This document shows, one piece after another, positions 23,785-36,109 of a stretch of 64,000 nucleotides of DNA (positions are counted from its first letter, which is position 1; every line of letters starts with the position of its first letter). The DNA lies in the NCBI RefSeq assembly GCF_006345805.1, contig NC_043026.1:10788001-10852000 (forward strand), in the 5' to 3' direction. Source of the DNA: Octopus sinensis. Lineage: Eukaryota. Below the pieces are notes generated by a model, which did not search any database, was not told the origin of the DNA, and saw nothing but the letters and a program-made list of their open reading frames with translations. A program made the translations under genes and the position numbers.

Positions 23785-24090
23785 GGGGGTTAGACTTTTG
23801 TTGATATGGAGAAAGCCTTCAACAGGATCCCCTGCTCCCTTATCTGGTGGTCATTGCCGAAACTATGGCTGGTGAGAGCTGTACAAGTCATGTACAGAGA
23901 TGCTCTCAGTAAGGTAAGGGTTGGTAATGAGAATAGCAATGAATTCAGCATACAAGTAGGGGTCCACCAAAGATCAGTCCTAAGCACCCTCTTGTTCATC
24001 ATAGTTCTCCAAGCAATAACAGGTGATCATGACCTTTGGCAATTTGCTGTGCTTAAGAAGACTCATCAAACCAAGTGAAATTGTAGTTGT
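23785..24090 (+). mobile_element. Older RTE fragment, internally deleted
   Basis: FVDMEKAFNRIP...VGVHQRSVLSTLLFIIVLQAIT is joined directly to the C-terminal GDHDLWQFAVLKKT*. Confidence 0.8.
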
Positions 24091-24179
24091 GGCATATGAT
24101 ATGATATTCAAAGGCAGTCTGGATTGATGTTAAGCCCCTTTCCCCTTGTTTTCATTTTAGGAAGAGGCAGCTACATCAC

Positions 24180-24720
24180 TATTGATGTGGAAATTATGTA
24201 CGCTGGTCAGTATCTTCTGGATTTTCACATCAATGGCTTGGATCGCATCAAGTGTCCAATCAGGTAGCCCAAATGTTGGTATGAGTACTGGCACTACAAA
24301 CATTGTTATATTGAATGCAGAGTTCCGAGGTCCATATTTTCTTCATTCAGCTGTACTATTCTTCAATGACATGTGTTTTGCTACAGGTGTCATTGTAACA
24401 TATGTTTTCATCCACCCCTAGATACCTGTAACATTCCTCATCAGATATAGTGAAGTCATTGATGGAGATGTTCCTTGCCTGGTTTACAATTTTACCTTCT
24501 TTTCACAACCATATAGCAACATTTATTCTGGCCAAACTCCAAATCTACATTCTTTGAGAATGTTGTAAACATGTCAAGGCTGTTTTTCATCTCATGCATA
24601 TTCTTTGCATATAGTTTGAAGTCATCCACAAAGAAATAGATTTTGGTATTTCTGTTTCCTTGTGAACCAATGAGACATCCTGAACACTTCAAAATTATAT
24701 TTTTGATCATATAAACCATT
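24180..24720 (-). mobile_element. R4/Dong-like (RLE-clade) LINE RT fragment
   Basis: FFVDDFKLYAKN...FSKNVDLEFGQNKC and NITMFVVPVLIPTFGLPDWT resemble the YMDDLKLY-type RT. Confidence 0.6.
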
Positions 24721-24942
24721 TCAAATATTATTTTAGCAAGTTTTAAATTATTGTAATGTTTTTTGTGTGTGGCATAAACCATTTGCCATCTCTGTGGTAC
24801 CTTTCTTCCCTTGATGCCCTAAACATGTGCTTATTTTGCTTAATGGTTAATCCAGTGCTGAGCCAACAGGCAAGTGTCTTCTACTATAGCCCCGGGCCAG
24901 CCAAAGCTCGAAAGTGGATCTGGTAAACAGAAGTCTGTCAGG

Positions 24943-25349
24943 ATCTTTTCGGTTTGAAAGGCAGTTTTTAACATAATTTCTAGGTAACTAAAAAATTTTA
25001 AACTTCGTATACTGGTAGAATGTGTTTATAAAACATCTTTTTCTCTTGGCTTTATTGAGAAGATTCTATAGATTGTAAGATATTTGTTTTTTTCTTCAAT
25101 TGCTGCAATTTCAACCAATCAATGACGTCTTTTTGAGGTGAAAACATTCTGTGCCGTATGAATATGTCCCTCGTTTAAGAAACAGATTGGGTTTATTTAC
25201 ATTTGTGAAGAAAAAAAGATACCCTTCCCCCACCCCTAAGCCTAACCCTAAAACAAATTAAAATGCAATAGATCGATACTAGGGTCATAATCATGGGTAA
25301 CAATTTCATATGACACCGCTAGAAAAACTGCCGTTCAAACCGAAAAGAT
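24943..25349. mobile_element. DNA-transposon MITE nested in a family-1 SINE
   Basis: TIRs atcttttcggtttgaaaggcagttttt / aaaaactgccgttcaaaccgaaaagat. The SINE continues on both sides (24860-24942, 25350-25565). Related pieces at 2674-2762 and 43740-43925. Confidence 0.75.
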
Positions 25350-25779
25350 ACGTCTGTCGTAAATGTGTGTGTGTGTGTCCTGCACCACTGCTTGACAACA
25401 GGTACTGGTTTGTTTACATCCCCGTACACTAGCTGTTCGGCAAAAGATTTCGGCAGAATAAATAACAGTCTTAAAAATAAGTACTGGGATCGATTCGTTC
25501 GACCAAATCCTTCAAGGCGGTGCCCAAGCATGGCCAAAGTCCAATGATTGAAACAAGTAAAAGCTATGAACAAAACTACTTTTCGTTTCACCCATTCAGG
25601 ATAGCCAAGTCATTTTATTACATTCACCCAGCTTTGTCGGTTTCATTTTAATCTACATAACACTTATATGTACCTCAAACGAAAGATCTTGCAAATTTAG
25701 TGCATAAAATATATTTCTACGACCGGGTTCTGACAAATGAATTAAGTCCAAAATTAGCTGCAGTAGTAACTTTGTATTT

Positions 25780-26420
25780 TACTCTCTCCCTATGTTTCTT
25801 TCTATCGTTCTATTTCTCTCCCTCCCTCTCTCATAAATATACACACTCTTTATCTCTCTCTTTCACACTCTCTCTATATCTCTATAGTTCTATTTCTCTC
25901 TCTCTCATAAATATACACACTCTTTATCTCTCTTTCACGCTCTCTCTATATCTGTATAGTTCTATCTTTCTCTCTCTCTCATAAAGATCCACACTTTTTA
26001 TCTCTCTTTGACTCTCTCTCTACATCCGTATGTCTCTTTCTATCGCTCTATTTCTCTCCCTCTCTCATAAATATACACACTCTTTATCTCTCTTTCACAC
26101 TCTCTCTATATCTCTATAGTTCTATCTTTCTCTCTCTCTCATAAATATGCACACTCTTTATCTCTCTCGCTACATCCGTATGTCTCTTTCTATCGCTCTA
26201 TTTCTCTCCCTCTCTCTCTCATAAATATACACACTCTTTATCTCTCTTTCACACTCTCTCTATATCTCTATAGTTCTACCTTTCTCTCTCTCTCTCTCTC
26301 TCATAAATATACACACTCTTTATCTCTCTCGCTACATCCGTATGTCTCTTTCTATCGCTCTATCTGCCCCTCTCATAAATACACTCTATATCTCTATCGT
26401 TCTCTCTCTCTTTCTCCATG
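25780..26420. repeat. Compound CT-rich minisatellite
   Basis: Recurrent units tctctcataaatatacacactctttatctctc and tacatccgtatgtctctttctatcgctctat. Confidence 0.85.
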
Positions 26421-26439
26421 TATAATATGGTAGCTATTT

Positions 26440-26870
26440 CCCGGCACTTCATTCTTGAACGATTTCATTAACTCTCTGCTTCGCGGTGCTATCCTATCTA
26501 AATCTATTTTGTTAACCCCATACCAAAAGCTATCATCTTGTAAGTATCTTTCATATATCTCATCTAACACAAGCACTTGGCTGTTTTGTGGTGGGGTTTT
26601 TTAGCTACAAATATTAAAGCATTTAACAATATTATTAGGGCAAACTAGCTTTGATGTTGAAATCCATAACATAAAATAACGAGGAAAACTTTCAGCTATA
26701 ATTTAATCGCAGGGAAAAATACAAACCAGTCAGCTTATCCAGTAATCGAACTATTAACTTATTAACGAAATGTAATTAACCATTAGCGATATATTTACAT
26801 GTATCATAATGTTCCAGTCTCTGCTTAAAATTAGAACAAAGTGACTGGGTTTAATTGCTTTGTTCTGAAC
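26440..26870 (+). promoter_or_regulatory. Z3 distal upstream block C with donor-like GTAAGT at 26540
   Basis: Homologous to 20380-20880 and 19960-20170 (inverted) and to 36110-36330. Confidence 0.5.
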
Positions 26871-27718
26871 AAACTTAGCTTCCTCGTGTTATTTATTCTT
26901 TTTCCTTTTACTTATTAATCTATGCACACGAATAATATGAATTTTCGATGTCAATTAAAATGGATTGTAAACAGTTAACAGTGTTGTATAGTTTGTAATG
27001 AAATGAAATGAAATATTTAATCCTGAAGGTGGTGGAACATCGACCCTGAAACATATAGGTCGCCTTGTCTTGCCACAAACATTAACGTTCACCTTAACGA
27101 AAGGTAATTTCATACATACGAAATAATGAAATTTAGCTCAAGTAATTAAAAACATAATGAGTGAGTGATGGTTTTTTAAACATTTTGCCCTCAACTAAGA
27201 AACATAAATCTATGAATCCGCACACACCCATATAATATATATATATATGTATGTATGTATGTATATATATATATATGCATGCATGTACATATATATATAG
27301 AGAGAGGGGGGCGGAATTTTCTTTATGCATGGCATATAACCTCTTATAACTCTTATTTTTTGGAATTTTCAGAAAATGCTTGCGAATTTGTGTTCTACAC
27401 ACGGGATATTCTACTACTATGCAAAAACAAAAAAAAAAAATCAAATTTTCGAACTTTTTTATTATTTATTTAATAACAGTTTTACGGACAGTCGGAATTG
27501 TTTAATTAAATCCCAGCAACTGACCATTAAGTGTGTTTAAAGCGAGAAAAATATTGAAAAACGATCCTACATCAGTGACAAAGACGGTATGAGATGGTCA
27601 TGAGACGTGCTAATAATAACAGCTAAATATCCATTAAATCTCTCAATTTTGGTTTTGCATAGTCGTATTATTTCCCATGTGTCGAACACAAATTCGCAAA
27701 AAATTTCTGAAACTTCCA

Positions 27719-27765
<47 letters not shown>

Positions 27766-27773
27766 ATTAGTTA

Positions 27774-27918
27774 TATGACCGGTCATTGAGTGACCAATTG
27801 TTTCGCATCCATAAAAGCGCTTAGCCTAAAAGACGACTCTTCAGACTCCAATGGCCGCGTCTGTGAGTCTAAGCGCTTTATGGATGCGAAACCAATGGTC
27901 ACTATATGACCGACCATA
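27774..27918. mobile_element. 145-bp hairpin MITE with ~50-bp TIRs, flanked by TA
   Basis: 27774-27824 is the near reverse complement of 27869-27918. Confidence 0.75.
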
Positions 27919-28721
27919 TAATTAACTACCTATAAATATTACGTTTATGTACTTGTTTTGCAAGGTACCTTGATGTAAAATCATGTGTTGAAGCGGATAT
28001 TATTATATTTCAGGATGGTCGTTTGGTTTTTTTTTTTGCCAAATAAACGTGCACTTATATATACTCGTTCTCCACTTCAGATTTATTTTATTAATTTTCT
28101 TATTTTATGTCATTTCGTCACGCTTCCTGTGACCTCTTCAGCGACTCTCCACCCCACGTAACTTCTATTCTGTTTAGTCCACTATGGCAGTGGTTTTCAA
28201 CCAGGGTTCCGCCAGTACAGTCCAGGGGTTCTGCAAGAAGTTACAAAACTGCTAAAATCGGCAGTAATTTTTAATTCTCCTGTGCAGATATGTGTGCATA
28301 AGACTATTAAATTATTGTACAGAGGTTCCTTGTGCCAGTGGAATGTTTCCTTGGGGTTCCGCTCCTGCAAAAAGTTTGAAAAGCACTGCGCTATGGATTA
28401 AACAGATATGGAAAGTCGCTGAAGAAATGACAGGACGTGTGGCAAAAGATTTTCAGACTAAGGATAATAAATAAGAACAATAATAAATCTGAAGTGAAGA
28501 ACAAATATATAATGTGTATGTTTATTTGGCAAAAAGATAAAATGACTATCCTGAAATCTAGCAATACCTATAAATACATTACTACTCTAACGTTTAGAGT
28601 AGTCGTGTATTTCCTCTGCAGTAAAAACCTGTTCTGGACCCTTCTTTCATAATTTAACCCTCTTCTAGCATGAAGCTACCTCTCTCTTTTTCTTTACTAT
28701 AGATCCACTCACTCGAGGGGA

Positions 28722-28931
28722 TACTCTCTCTCTTTTACTTGTTTCAGTCATTTGACTGCGGCCATGCTGGAGCACCGCCTTTAGTCGAGCAAATCGACCC
28801 CGGGACTTATTCTTTGTAAGCCCAGTACTTATTCTATTGGTCTCTTTTGCCGAACCGCTAAGTGACGGGGACGTAAACACACCAGCATCGGTTGTCAAGC
28901 AATGCTAGGACAAGCACAAGCACACACACAC

Positions 28932-28964
<33 letters not shown>

Positions 28965-29098
28965 CATATATACGACAGGCTTCTTTCAGTTTCCGTTTAC
29001 CAAATCCACTCACAAGGCATTGGTCGACCCGGGGCTATAGCAGAAGACATTTGCCCAAGATGCTATGCAGTGGGACTGAACCCGGAACCATGTGGTTG
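28722..29098 (-). mobile_element. SINE family 1
   Basis: Reverse complement of the family-1 consensus, slightly 5'-truncated. Confidence 0.88.
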
Positions 29099-29403
29099 AA
29101 ACACATGCACCATTTATTTGATCTTGACTTCAGCTTTATTATTATTATTATTAGTAGTAGTAGTATTAGTAAGGTGGTAAGCTGGCTGAATTGTTAGCAG
29201 GCTGGGTGAAATGCTTAGCGGTATTTCGTCTGCTGCTATGTTCTGAGTTCAAATTCCACTGAGGTTGACTTTGCCTTTCATCCTTTTCGGGGGTCAATAA
29301 ATTAAGTACCAGTAATACACTGGTATCGATGTAATCAACTCTCCCCCTCCCCACCAATTTCAGGCCTTGTGCTTATAGTAGAAAGGATTATTATTATGTT
29401 AGT

Positions 29404-29770
29404 GGAGGCGCAATGGCCCAGTGGTTAGGGCAGCGGACTCGCGGTTTCGATTCCCAGACCGGGCATTGTGGGTGTTTATTGAGCGAAAACACCTAAAAGC
29501 TCCACGAGGCTCCGGCAGGGGATGGTGGTGATCCCTGCTGTACTCTTTCACCACAACTTTCTCTCACTCTTACTTCCTGTTTCTGTTGTACCTGTATTTC
29601 AAAGGGCCGGCCTTGTCGCTCCCTGTGTCACGCTGAATATCCCCCGAGAACTACGTTAAGGGTACACGTGTCTGTGGAGTGCTCAGCCACTTACACGTTA
29701 ATTTCACAAGCAGGCTGTTCCGTTGATTCAGATCAACCGGAACCCTCGTCGTCGTAACCGACAGAGTGCT
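29404..29770 (+). mobile_element. SINE family 3 (tRNA head)
   Basis: A-box tggcccagtgg and B-box gtttcgattcc, followed by a non-tRNA body. Confidence 0.75.
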
Positions 29771-30332
29771 TCCCCTCCCCTATTATTATGTTCTTTCCCA
29801 CATTCTGTAACCAATGGCTTTCTGTTCCTCATGTCTCCTCTTCTCTCTGGTCTTTTCCTTTCTATTCCACTTTTTCTGTGTCATTTTGTCACATATATAC
29901 ATGTATACATGCAAGCAGGCACATTTTTTTCTGCAACATCTAACATTTTCATTTCTCTCTTTTTTTTTTTTATAAATATATTTTACAGTTGTGCTAACTG
30001 AACAGTCCATTACAACCTCTTGAAGAAGTGTTTCCACTAGAAAGTCTACTTCCAGCCATCTGTTGAGGCTGCAGAGTTTTCAACCAACACAACATTCATC
30101 AATCGCACCAGAATTTCCTCTTATGCAAATAGAAGTCTTCATAGCTATTTTGCGTCATTTAGGAAGAATCCTGACAGCAACAAGCATTCAAATTGTCCAA
30201 AGAAAATATATCTACATTACATTTGTTCTACAATTTGTAAACAGAGGCCTGTGAAATCTGAGACCAGAAACAGAACTGTTATAGTTTAACTCAAACATTT
30301 ATCAGGTTTTTAAAACTTCCTCAAGAATTAAT

Positions 30333-31742
30333 ATGGAGAATGTTAATCACTTGGACACTCCAGACACTAATGTTTTTAATGAGAGAGACACAGACAGAGA
30401 TGAGAAAGCTGTACCTAGTGAAACATTTATCAAACAAGAGCCATTGTACAGGGATATTCCTGAATTTAGCTGTGAGATTTGTAAGGAAACTTTCTCTTCA
30501 GAACAAGAAGTCTTAACACACAAAGAAATGCATTCTGGAGAAAAACAGTTTCAGTGTGGAATGTGTGAGAAATCTTTCAGCGAAAATTCTCATCTTGTTA
30601 TCCACATACGTAGTCACACCAGAGGAAAACCATTTAACTGTCAGATCTGTGAGAAGTCGTTCGGTAGCAGGTCTCATCTTGCAGCTCATGTACGAATACA
30701 TACTGGAGCGAAATCATTTTACTGTGATATATGTGGCAAATCTTTTATAACTAACAGCCACTTGAAAAGACATAAACAGATACATGGAGGAGATAAACTG
30801 CATCAGTGTGAAGTCTGTGGGAAGACATATAATGATAATTCACAGTTGATAATTCATAAACGTAGTCACATTGTAGAAAAGCCATATCATTGTGATAAAT
30901 GTAACAAATCTTTTGATAAAAAGATTAATTTAACAGAGCATGAGAGATTTCACACTGGGGAAAAACCATTTCACTGCGAAATATGTGGGAAATCCTTCGC
31001 TAATAATTCTAGTCTTGCTGTTCACAAAAAAGTCCACTCGGGGGAAAAACCATTTCACTGTCAGATCTGTGAGAAATCCTTCAGTAATAGGTCTTATCTT
31101 GCAGTTCATGTGCAAATACATACAGGGGAGAAACCATTTTACTGTGATATATGTGGAAAATCTTTTATTACTAACAGTCATCTAAAAAGACATAAACAGA
31201 TACACGGAGAAAATAAACTGCATCAATGTGAACTGTGTGGGAGGAAATATATTGATTATTCACAACTGATCATTCACAGGCGTAGACACAATGGAGAAAA
31301 GCCCTATCATTGTGAAATATGTGAGAAATCTTTTGGTAAAAAGAGTAATTTAACAGAGCATGTCAGAATTCATACAGGTGAAAGCCCATTTCACTGTGAA
31401 ATTTGTGGGAAATCTTTTACCAAAAATTCCCATCTTGTAGTTCACGAACGAATTCACACTGGGGAGAAACCTTATCAGTGTGAAATCTGTGGGAAGGCTT
31501 TTGTTTCTAAAAGTGATCTAAACAGACATAAAAAGATTCATACAAGGCAAAAGACATATAAATGTGAAATATGTGATGAATATTTTGTCTGTAATCGTTA
31601 TTTAACAAATCACAAACGAATACACGCTGGTGAAAGCATCTTTCATTGTGAAATCTGTGAGAAATCATTTACCACTGAGAGTCTTTTAAAAAAACACAAA
31701 CAAATACACTCTGGAGAGAAATCTGTTGAAGAGGAGACTTGA
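30333..31742 (+). CDS. Z3: C2H2 zinc-finger protein, 469 aa, 15 fingers
   Basis: Intact array and close paralog of Z2, with an internal 420-bp duplication. Confidence 0.95.
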   Translation: MENVNHLDTPDTNVFNERDTDRDEKAVPSETFIKQEPLYRDIPEFSCEICKETFSSEQEVLTHKEMHSGEKQFQCGMCEKSFSENSHLVIHIRSHTRGKPFNCQICEKSFGSRSHLAAHVRIHTGAKSFYCDICGKSFITNSHLKRHKQIHGGDKLHQCEVCGKTYNDNSQLIIHKRSHIVEKPYHCDKCNKSFDKKINLTEHERFHTGEKPFHCEICGKSFANNSSLAVHKKVHSGEKPFHCQICEKSFSNRSYLAVHVQIHTGEKPFYCDICGKSFITNSHLKRHKQIHGENKLHQCELCGRKYIDYSQLIIHRRRHNGEKPYHCEICEKSFGKKSNLTEHVRIHTGESPFHCEICGKSFTKNSHLVVHERIHTGEKPYQCEICGKAFVSKSDLNRHKKIHTRQKTYKCEICDEYFVCNRYLTNHKRIHAGESIFHCEICEKSFTTESLLKKHKQIHSGEKSVEEET

Positions 31743-31758
31743 AAAATTGTTCTGTTTA

Positions 31759-31990
31759 TCTTTTACATGCTTCAGTTATTAGACTGCTGCCATACTGGAG
31801 CAACACCTTCAAGAATCTTAGTTGAACAAATCGACCTCAGTGCTATTTTTTGTTAACCGTGGTACTTATGTTGGTCTCCTTTTGCTGAACCACTAAGTTA
31901 TGGAGATATGAACACACCAACACCAATTGTCAAGAAGTGGTGATGGGACAGACACACACACATGCATATATATATATATATATATATACA
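31759..31990 (-). mobile_element. SINE family 1, 3' half, immediately after the Z3 stop
   Basis: ttttacatgcttcag...ccatactggagcaacacc...aacacaccaacaccaattgtcaag. Confidence 0.75.
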
Positions 31991-32994
31991 CAAAAATGAT
32001 TTCACAGGGATATGTTTCCTCTTAAATTGGTTATGTACGCTGACCAACCACAGTAAATGTTGATGCCCAAATTAGCAATAAGTTGCTAGACTCTGGTAAT
32101 TTTCCTCACTTGGTAAATTCGAGTGTCCTATCCAGTACTGCATAGTTTCCATAAAGTAATAGTATTAATAATAATCAGAGGAATGAAGATTTTCTGCATC
32201 TATAATTTTATTAAACGGTTATTTACAGCATTCTTTTGTGGACCTACATGCATTTCGACTGCACACTGTTAGATGTGCATCCTGGTGTTATTGCCAGTAT
32301 AATATCATCAGAGTCCATTGTTTACTGCCATTCCACGTTCAGCTGGCATGAGAAATGTGAATTGGTGCTGGACTGATAGACAGCTTTGGGGCTCTGGTTT
32401 GCTCTGGCACTCTCTTAGATTGGCCCCAGATGGTGGCCTGAGTGTCCTTTAGCATCTTAGTAGGTCCAATCCTGGTTGAAAGGCCTTCATTCCTGAGGAA
32501 ATTCTGCGAAAACAAAAATGAGTCTGCAACAAATCCACAATGCCATACAGCTGCCAGGTGCTGTAACGCCCGTGGCTCTGAGCATGAGGAAGGGTCTCCA
32601 TGTCAGACCCAACATGCTTCCCAATCATGCCAAGGTGAAGAGCAACCAACTGACTCCTGATCATGGAATAACAGATCCTGACACCAGTGCCCCATCGTCA
32701 CTGACCCTACATAGGGACAGGCTGGGCCATTTTGTTCTTGATTATGGTTCCCATTCTCTGGTTCTTCAAGGCAATCAACTCCATGACAATCGCGCCATGG
32801 ATCCTGTCACTGATATCGGGATCCCCACACACGTCCCCACCTCACTGAATGAGGACGGTGTGCCTACTGGGGATCTTACAGGAAGTGATGTGACCCTCAG
32901 CCCATCAATGGACAACTTCACCCTTGAGATTCCATGCGTATTGATCTTGTTGCTATGCCTACTCTGCCCTCAACACTTCTTAAGTCCCAGTGTT

Positions 32995-33080
32995 ATTTCT
33001 GAAAGTGATCTAAACAGACATAAAAAGATTCATACAAAACGAAAGACCTCAAAATATGTAATGATTATAATGTAATCAAC
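32995..33080 (+). pseudogene. Stray zinc-finger fragment copied from a Z3-like finger 13-14
   Basis: aaagtgatctaaacagacataaaaagattcataca is identical to Z3 at about 31510-31544. Confidence 0.8.
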
Positions 33081-33370
33081 TTGACATAGCCCCTTCCCCA
33101 AACATGCTGGCCTTATGTCAAAATTTGAAACCATTACTATTATTTAAGGTAGTGAGCTGGCAGAATCGTTAGTATGCCAGGTGAAAAGCTTAGCAGTATT
33201 TCGTCTATCTTTACATTCTGAGTTCAAATGCTGCTGGGGTCAATTTTTGCCTTTCCTTTCAGGGTCGATAAACTAAGTACCAGTTACACACTGGGGTCGA
33301 TGTAATTGACTAATCCCCTCCCACCAGATTTCAGGCCTTGTGCCTTTAGTACAAAGGATTATTATTACTA

Positions 33371-34230
33371 CTGTGCTCCCTCTCTATAATGCGGGTGACG
33401 GGGTCCAAGAAAACCAACCGTGTTCTATCTGGGCAGCGGATTCACAGGTAATGAGGGTGAACAGGCGATAATAGAAGAAAATGAATTATTTGGTTTGATT
33501 AGTAAAGTGCATGAATGAAAAAAAAAGCATGTTTAACATTTATTATACAATACCAATAAACTACTTGCAAAATATGAATTACAGCACTAAAACAACTTTT
33601 AAAAAATATTTACATTGTTTACTTCTGTAAGAAGTTCCTGTTAACTCTAAGGATTTTCAGTAAATACTTATGAAATGCTTTTACATTGCAGTTCTGATCT
33701 CATACCACTCAGTGAATGATTTGAAAGCTCTGAAAAGTATGTTTAATTAATAAAGTTACATTGTATGAAAGTTCATATTTGTTTTTTATTCAGTCACATA
33801 AAGTTTGTCAGCTTCCTCTGGCACAGTCCTTTCCTCATCTTAATTGTGTTCTTGGGCAGATAGAGGACCTTGATCTGGCCATCTCTGATCTGTAGGAAAG
33901 TTAAGTTAATTTTTTGGCGCAAAAAGCAAGGACATGGAGTTATGTACAGGGGGGGTGTTCATGCAAAAAGTTCAGGCCATTTCTGGTCAAGAGAGACTTT
34001 GAACCGAGTGGTCGTCTGCATCTTCACTATCTCGTCCGGCAGCTTATTCCAGGGATCCGCAACAGGATGTTTCCCTGTGGGTGTGCAGAGCAATTATCTA
34101 GCTGGAGGGTAGCTTTCTCCAGTAGGTTGAGGCTCCTAACTCTAGAAACAAATGACTTGAACCATTCTTCAAATATGGGGCCAGAAAGAAATTTGCCAAA
34201 AGACAAGATCATCGTTGGAGCCTCTTCTGT
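33371..34230 (-). mobile_element. Tigger/pogo-like relic
   Basis: Tigger-like terminus ctgtgctccctctctataatgcgg. The minus strand reads IFEEWFKSFVSRV...KATLQLDNCSAHP (DDE_1-like). Confidence 0.55.
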
Positions 34231-36109
34231 GCAAAGTCATGATTGGTCAGATTTTGTTGATCACATGGCTAAAATTCTAACGAATTGTGATACTGGATGT
34301 AGTTATCTGACAGCTGAACATTCCCACTACAAGTCCTTCTATCATACTCTTTCCTGGCACAAAGCCATCTTCCTAAACATTACTCTCTCATCAGTTGAGT
34401 CTTGTTTTGCAAGTTACTTCGTAACCTCAATAGTGCTGGTGCAACATAAAAAGTACCCAGTACATTCTGTAAATTGGTTGACATGAGGAAGGGCATCCAC
34501 CTGTAAAAACCATGTCAGAGCAGACAGAGTTTGGTGCAGTCTTCTGACTTGCCAGCTCCTGTCAAACCATCCAACTCCAGCATGGAAAGCAGATGTGAAG
34601 TATTGGTGACAGTACATAAAAGTGTGTGCCTTAAGAACAGTCCTGGTGATGAAAAGCGCCTGTGTGGTACCATGTAAAAGCACCCAGTACATTCTGTAAG
34701 GTGGTTGGCGTTAGAAACCATTACTGGAGTCTGACACAGCTTGCCAGCTTTGGTCAAGTCACCATGTATGTATGCAGTGGATTCAATCCACCATAGCCAA
34801 ATTTAAATTAACACTGCAACAGAACTTTTCCCACGATGGAACAATGGCTTTTCTCTGATTGCAGTTTTACATTTTCCAGATGCCTCTAGCTAAGCTGAAA
34901 TAATGTCTTTACCACTTGACCCTTTCTAACCTCTTCTACTTCACCAAAAGCTAGAATAGAGATAACAAGATCACCATCTAAATCTATTGTTCTCAATGAT
35001 TTGTCTATCCTTCTGGATAGTTATATAAACAAAGAACCCCCAAGCAAAAACCAGTAGTCACTTGGCAACAACTGAACGAGGCAGCTCGTAATGACTCAGG
35101 GAACGGACTGCTAGAATCATGATCACAAGGAATGCCTCTGCTAAAGATAATGGTCAGAGAGAGAAATGAAATTTACTGTCAGCAACTGTGAGATAACGTC
35201 CCACACCCTACAACTCTCACTATCTCTAATTCTGTTCTCTTACAACATCATTCTATCTCTCTCTCGGTATTTACTACTAAACAATGAAGAGAACACAAAC
35301 ACAGACTTTACTTCGCATGCTTTTGGATTTATCATAACTTGCCCGTCGAGGCAAGGTATTGTAACATAATGGTAAATAAATATTTCCTTAAAACTTCATG
35401 CGTTGTTCATCTTTCGCATCCTACAGAATGCAATTGTAACAACAAAAACTTTATCATTACAACTGCTGACTCCTCCGACATTTCATCATATTTTTTACAA
35501 ATCAATCTTACCCGTTATATATATATATATATATATATATAGGGAGAATTCACAAAAAAAACAAAAGACAAAGACAGGTGGTGTAGACAACAAACAGATA
35601 TATTAGTCTAATGCTCGGGAAGTGAAAAAGTCTTTACCGTTTTGAGCCTATGCTCTTCTACAGAAAGAAACAAAGAGAGAAAATAAAGAATGTGTAGTGG
35701 CTAGCAGAGGCTATTACAAAGAATATGGAGTCTAGTACATCTGCACATTTTCTTTTTTTTTTTTTTACAGTCAATTAATTATATAGGATATTTGGTTTAA
35801 ATTTGTCCGATGTACATTTCTGCTGCAGAGACAACTAGCAATTGGTCACCTACAGTAATCTTAGGTGCTCTTTAAAACTCAATGCAGTTAGCCAGAACCT
35901 GGATTATAACTGTGCTTGGACAGAACCCACCTGGTTACTTTATCCCTATCTATTCATTATAGATAGATAGGTAGGTAGGTAGGCAGGCATTTAATTATTT
36001 GATAAGAACTCGTTAAAATAGTTATACAATTATCTTAAATTGTATTAATTTGTCTTATCATTTACATTACAGCAATCACAAAGTTATAAGTATGAGTACG
36101 AAAATAAAT

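Noticed and set aside
22191-24090. Twin-priming 5' inversion: the plus-strand RT piece ends where the minus-strand RTE begins (IVLQAIT)
   Set aside because: The overlapping codons differ at several synonymous sites. The plus piece is more decayed and carries its own RTE C-terminus, so these are two separate copies.
29404-29460. tRNA genes (also 57503-57555 and 63512-63565)
   Set aside because: A and B boxes are present, but there is no full cloverleaf and each continues into a SINE body.
33914-34486. 190-aa plus-strand ORF
   Set aside because: Overlaps a decayed Tigger-like relic on the opposite strand and an RTE UTR piece; non-ATG start.
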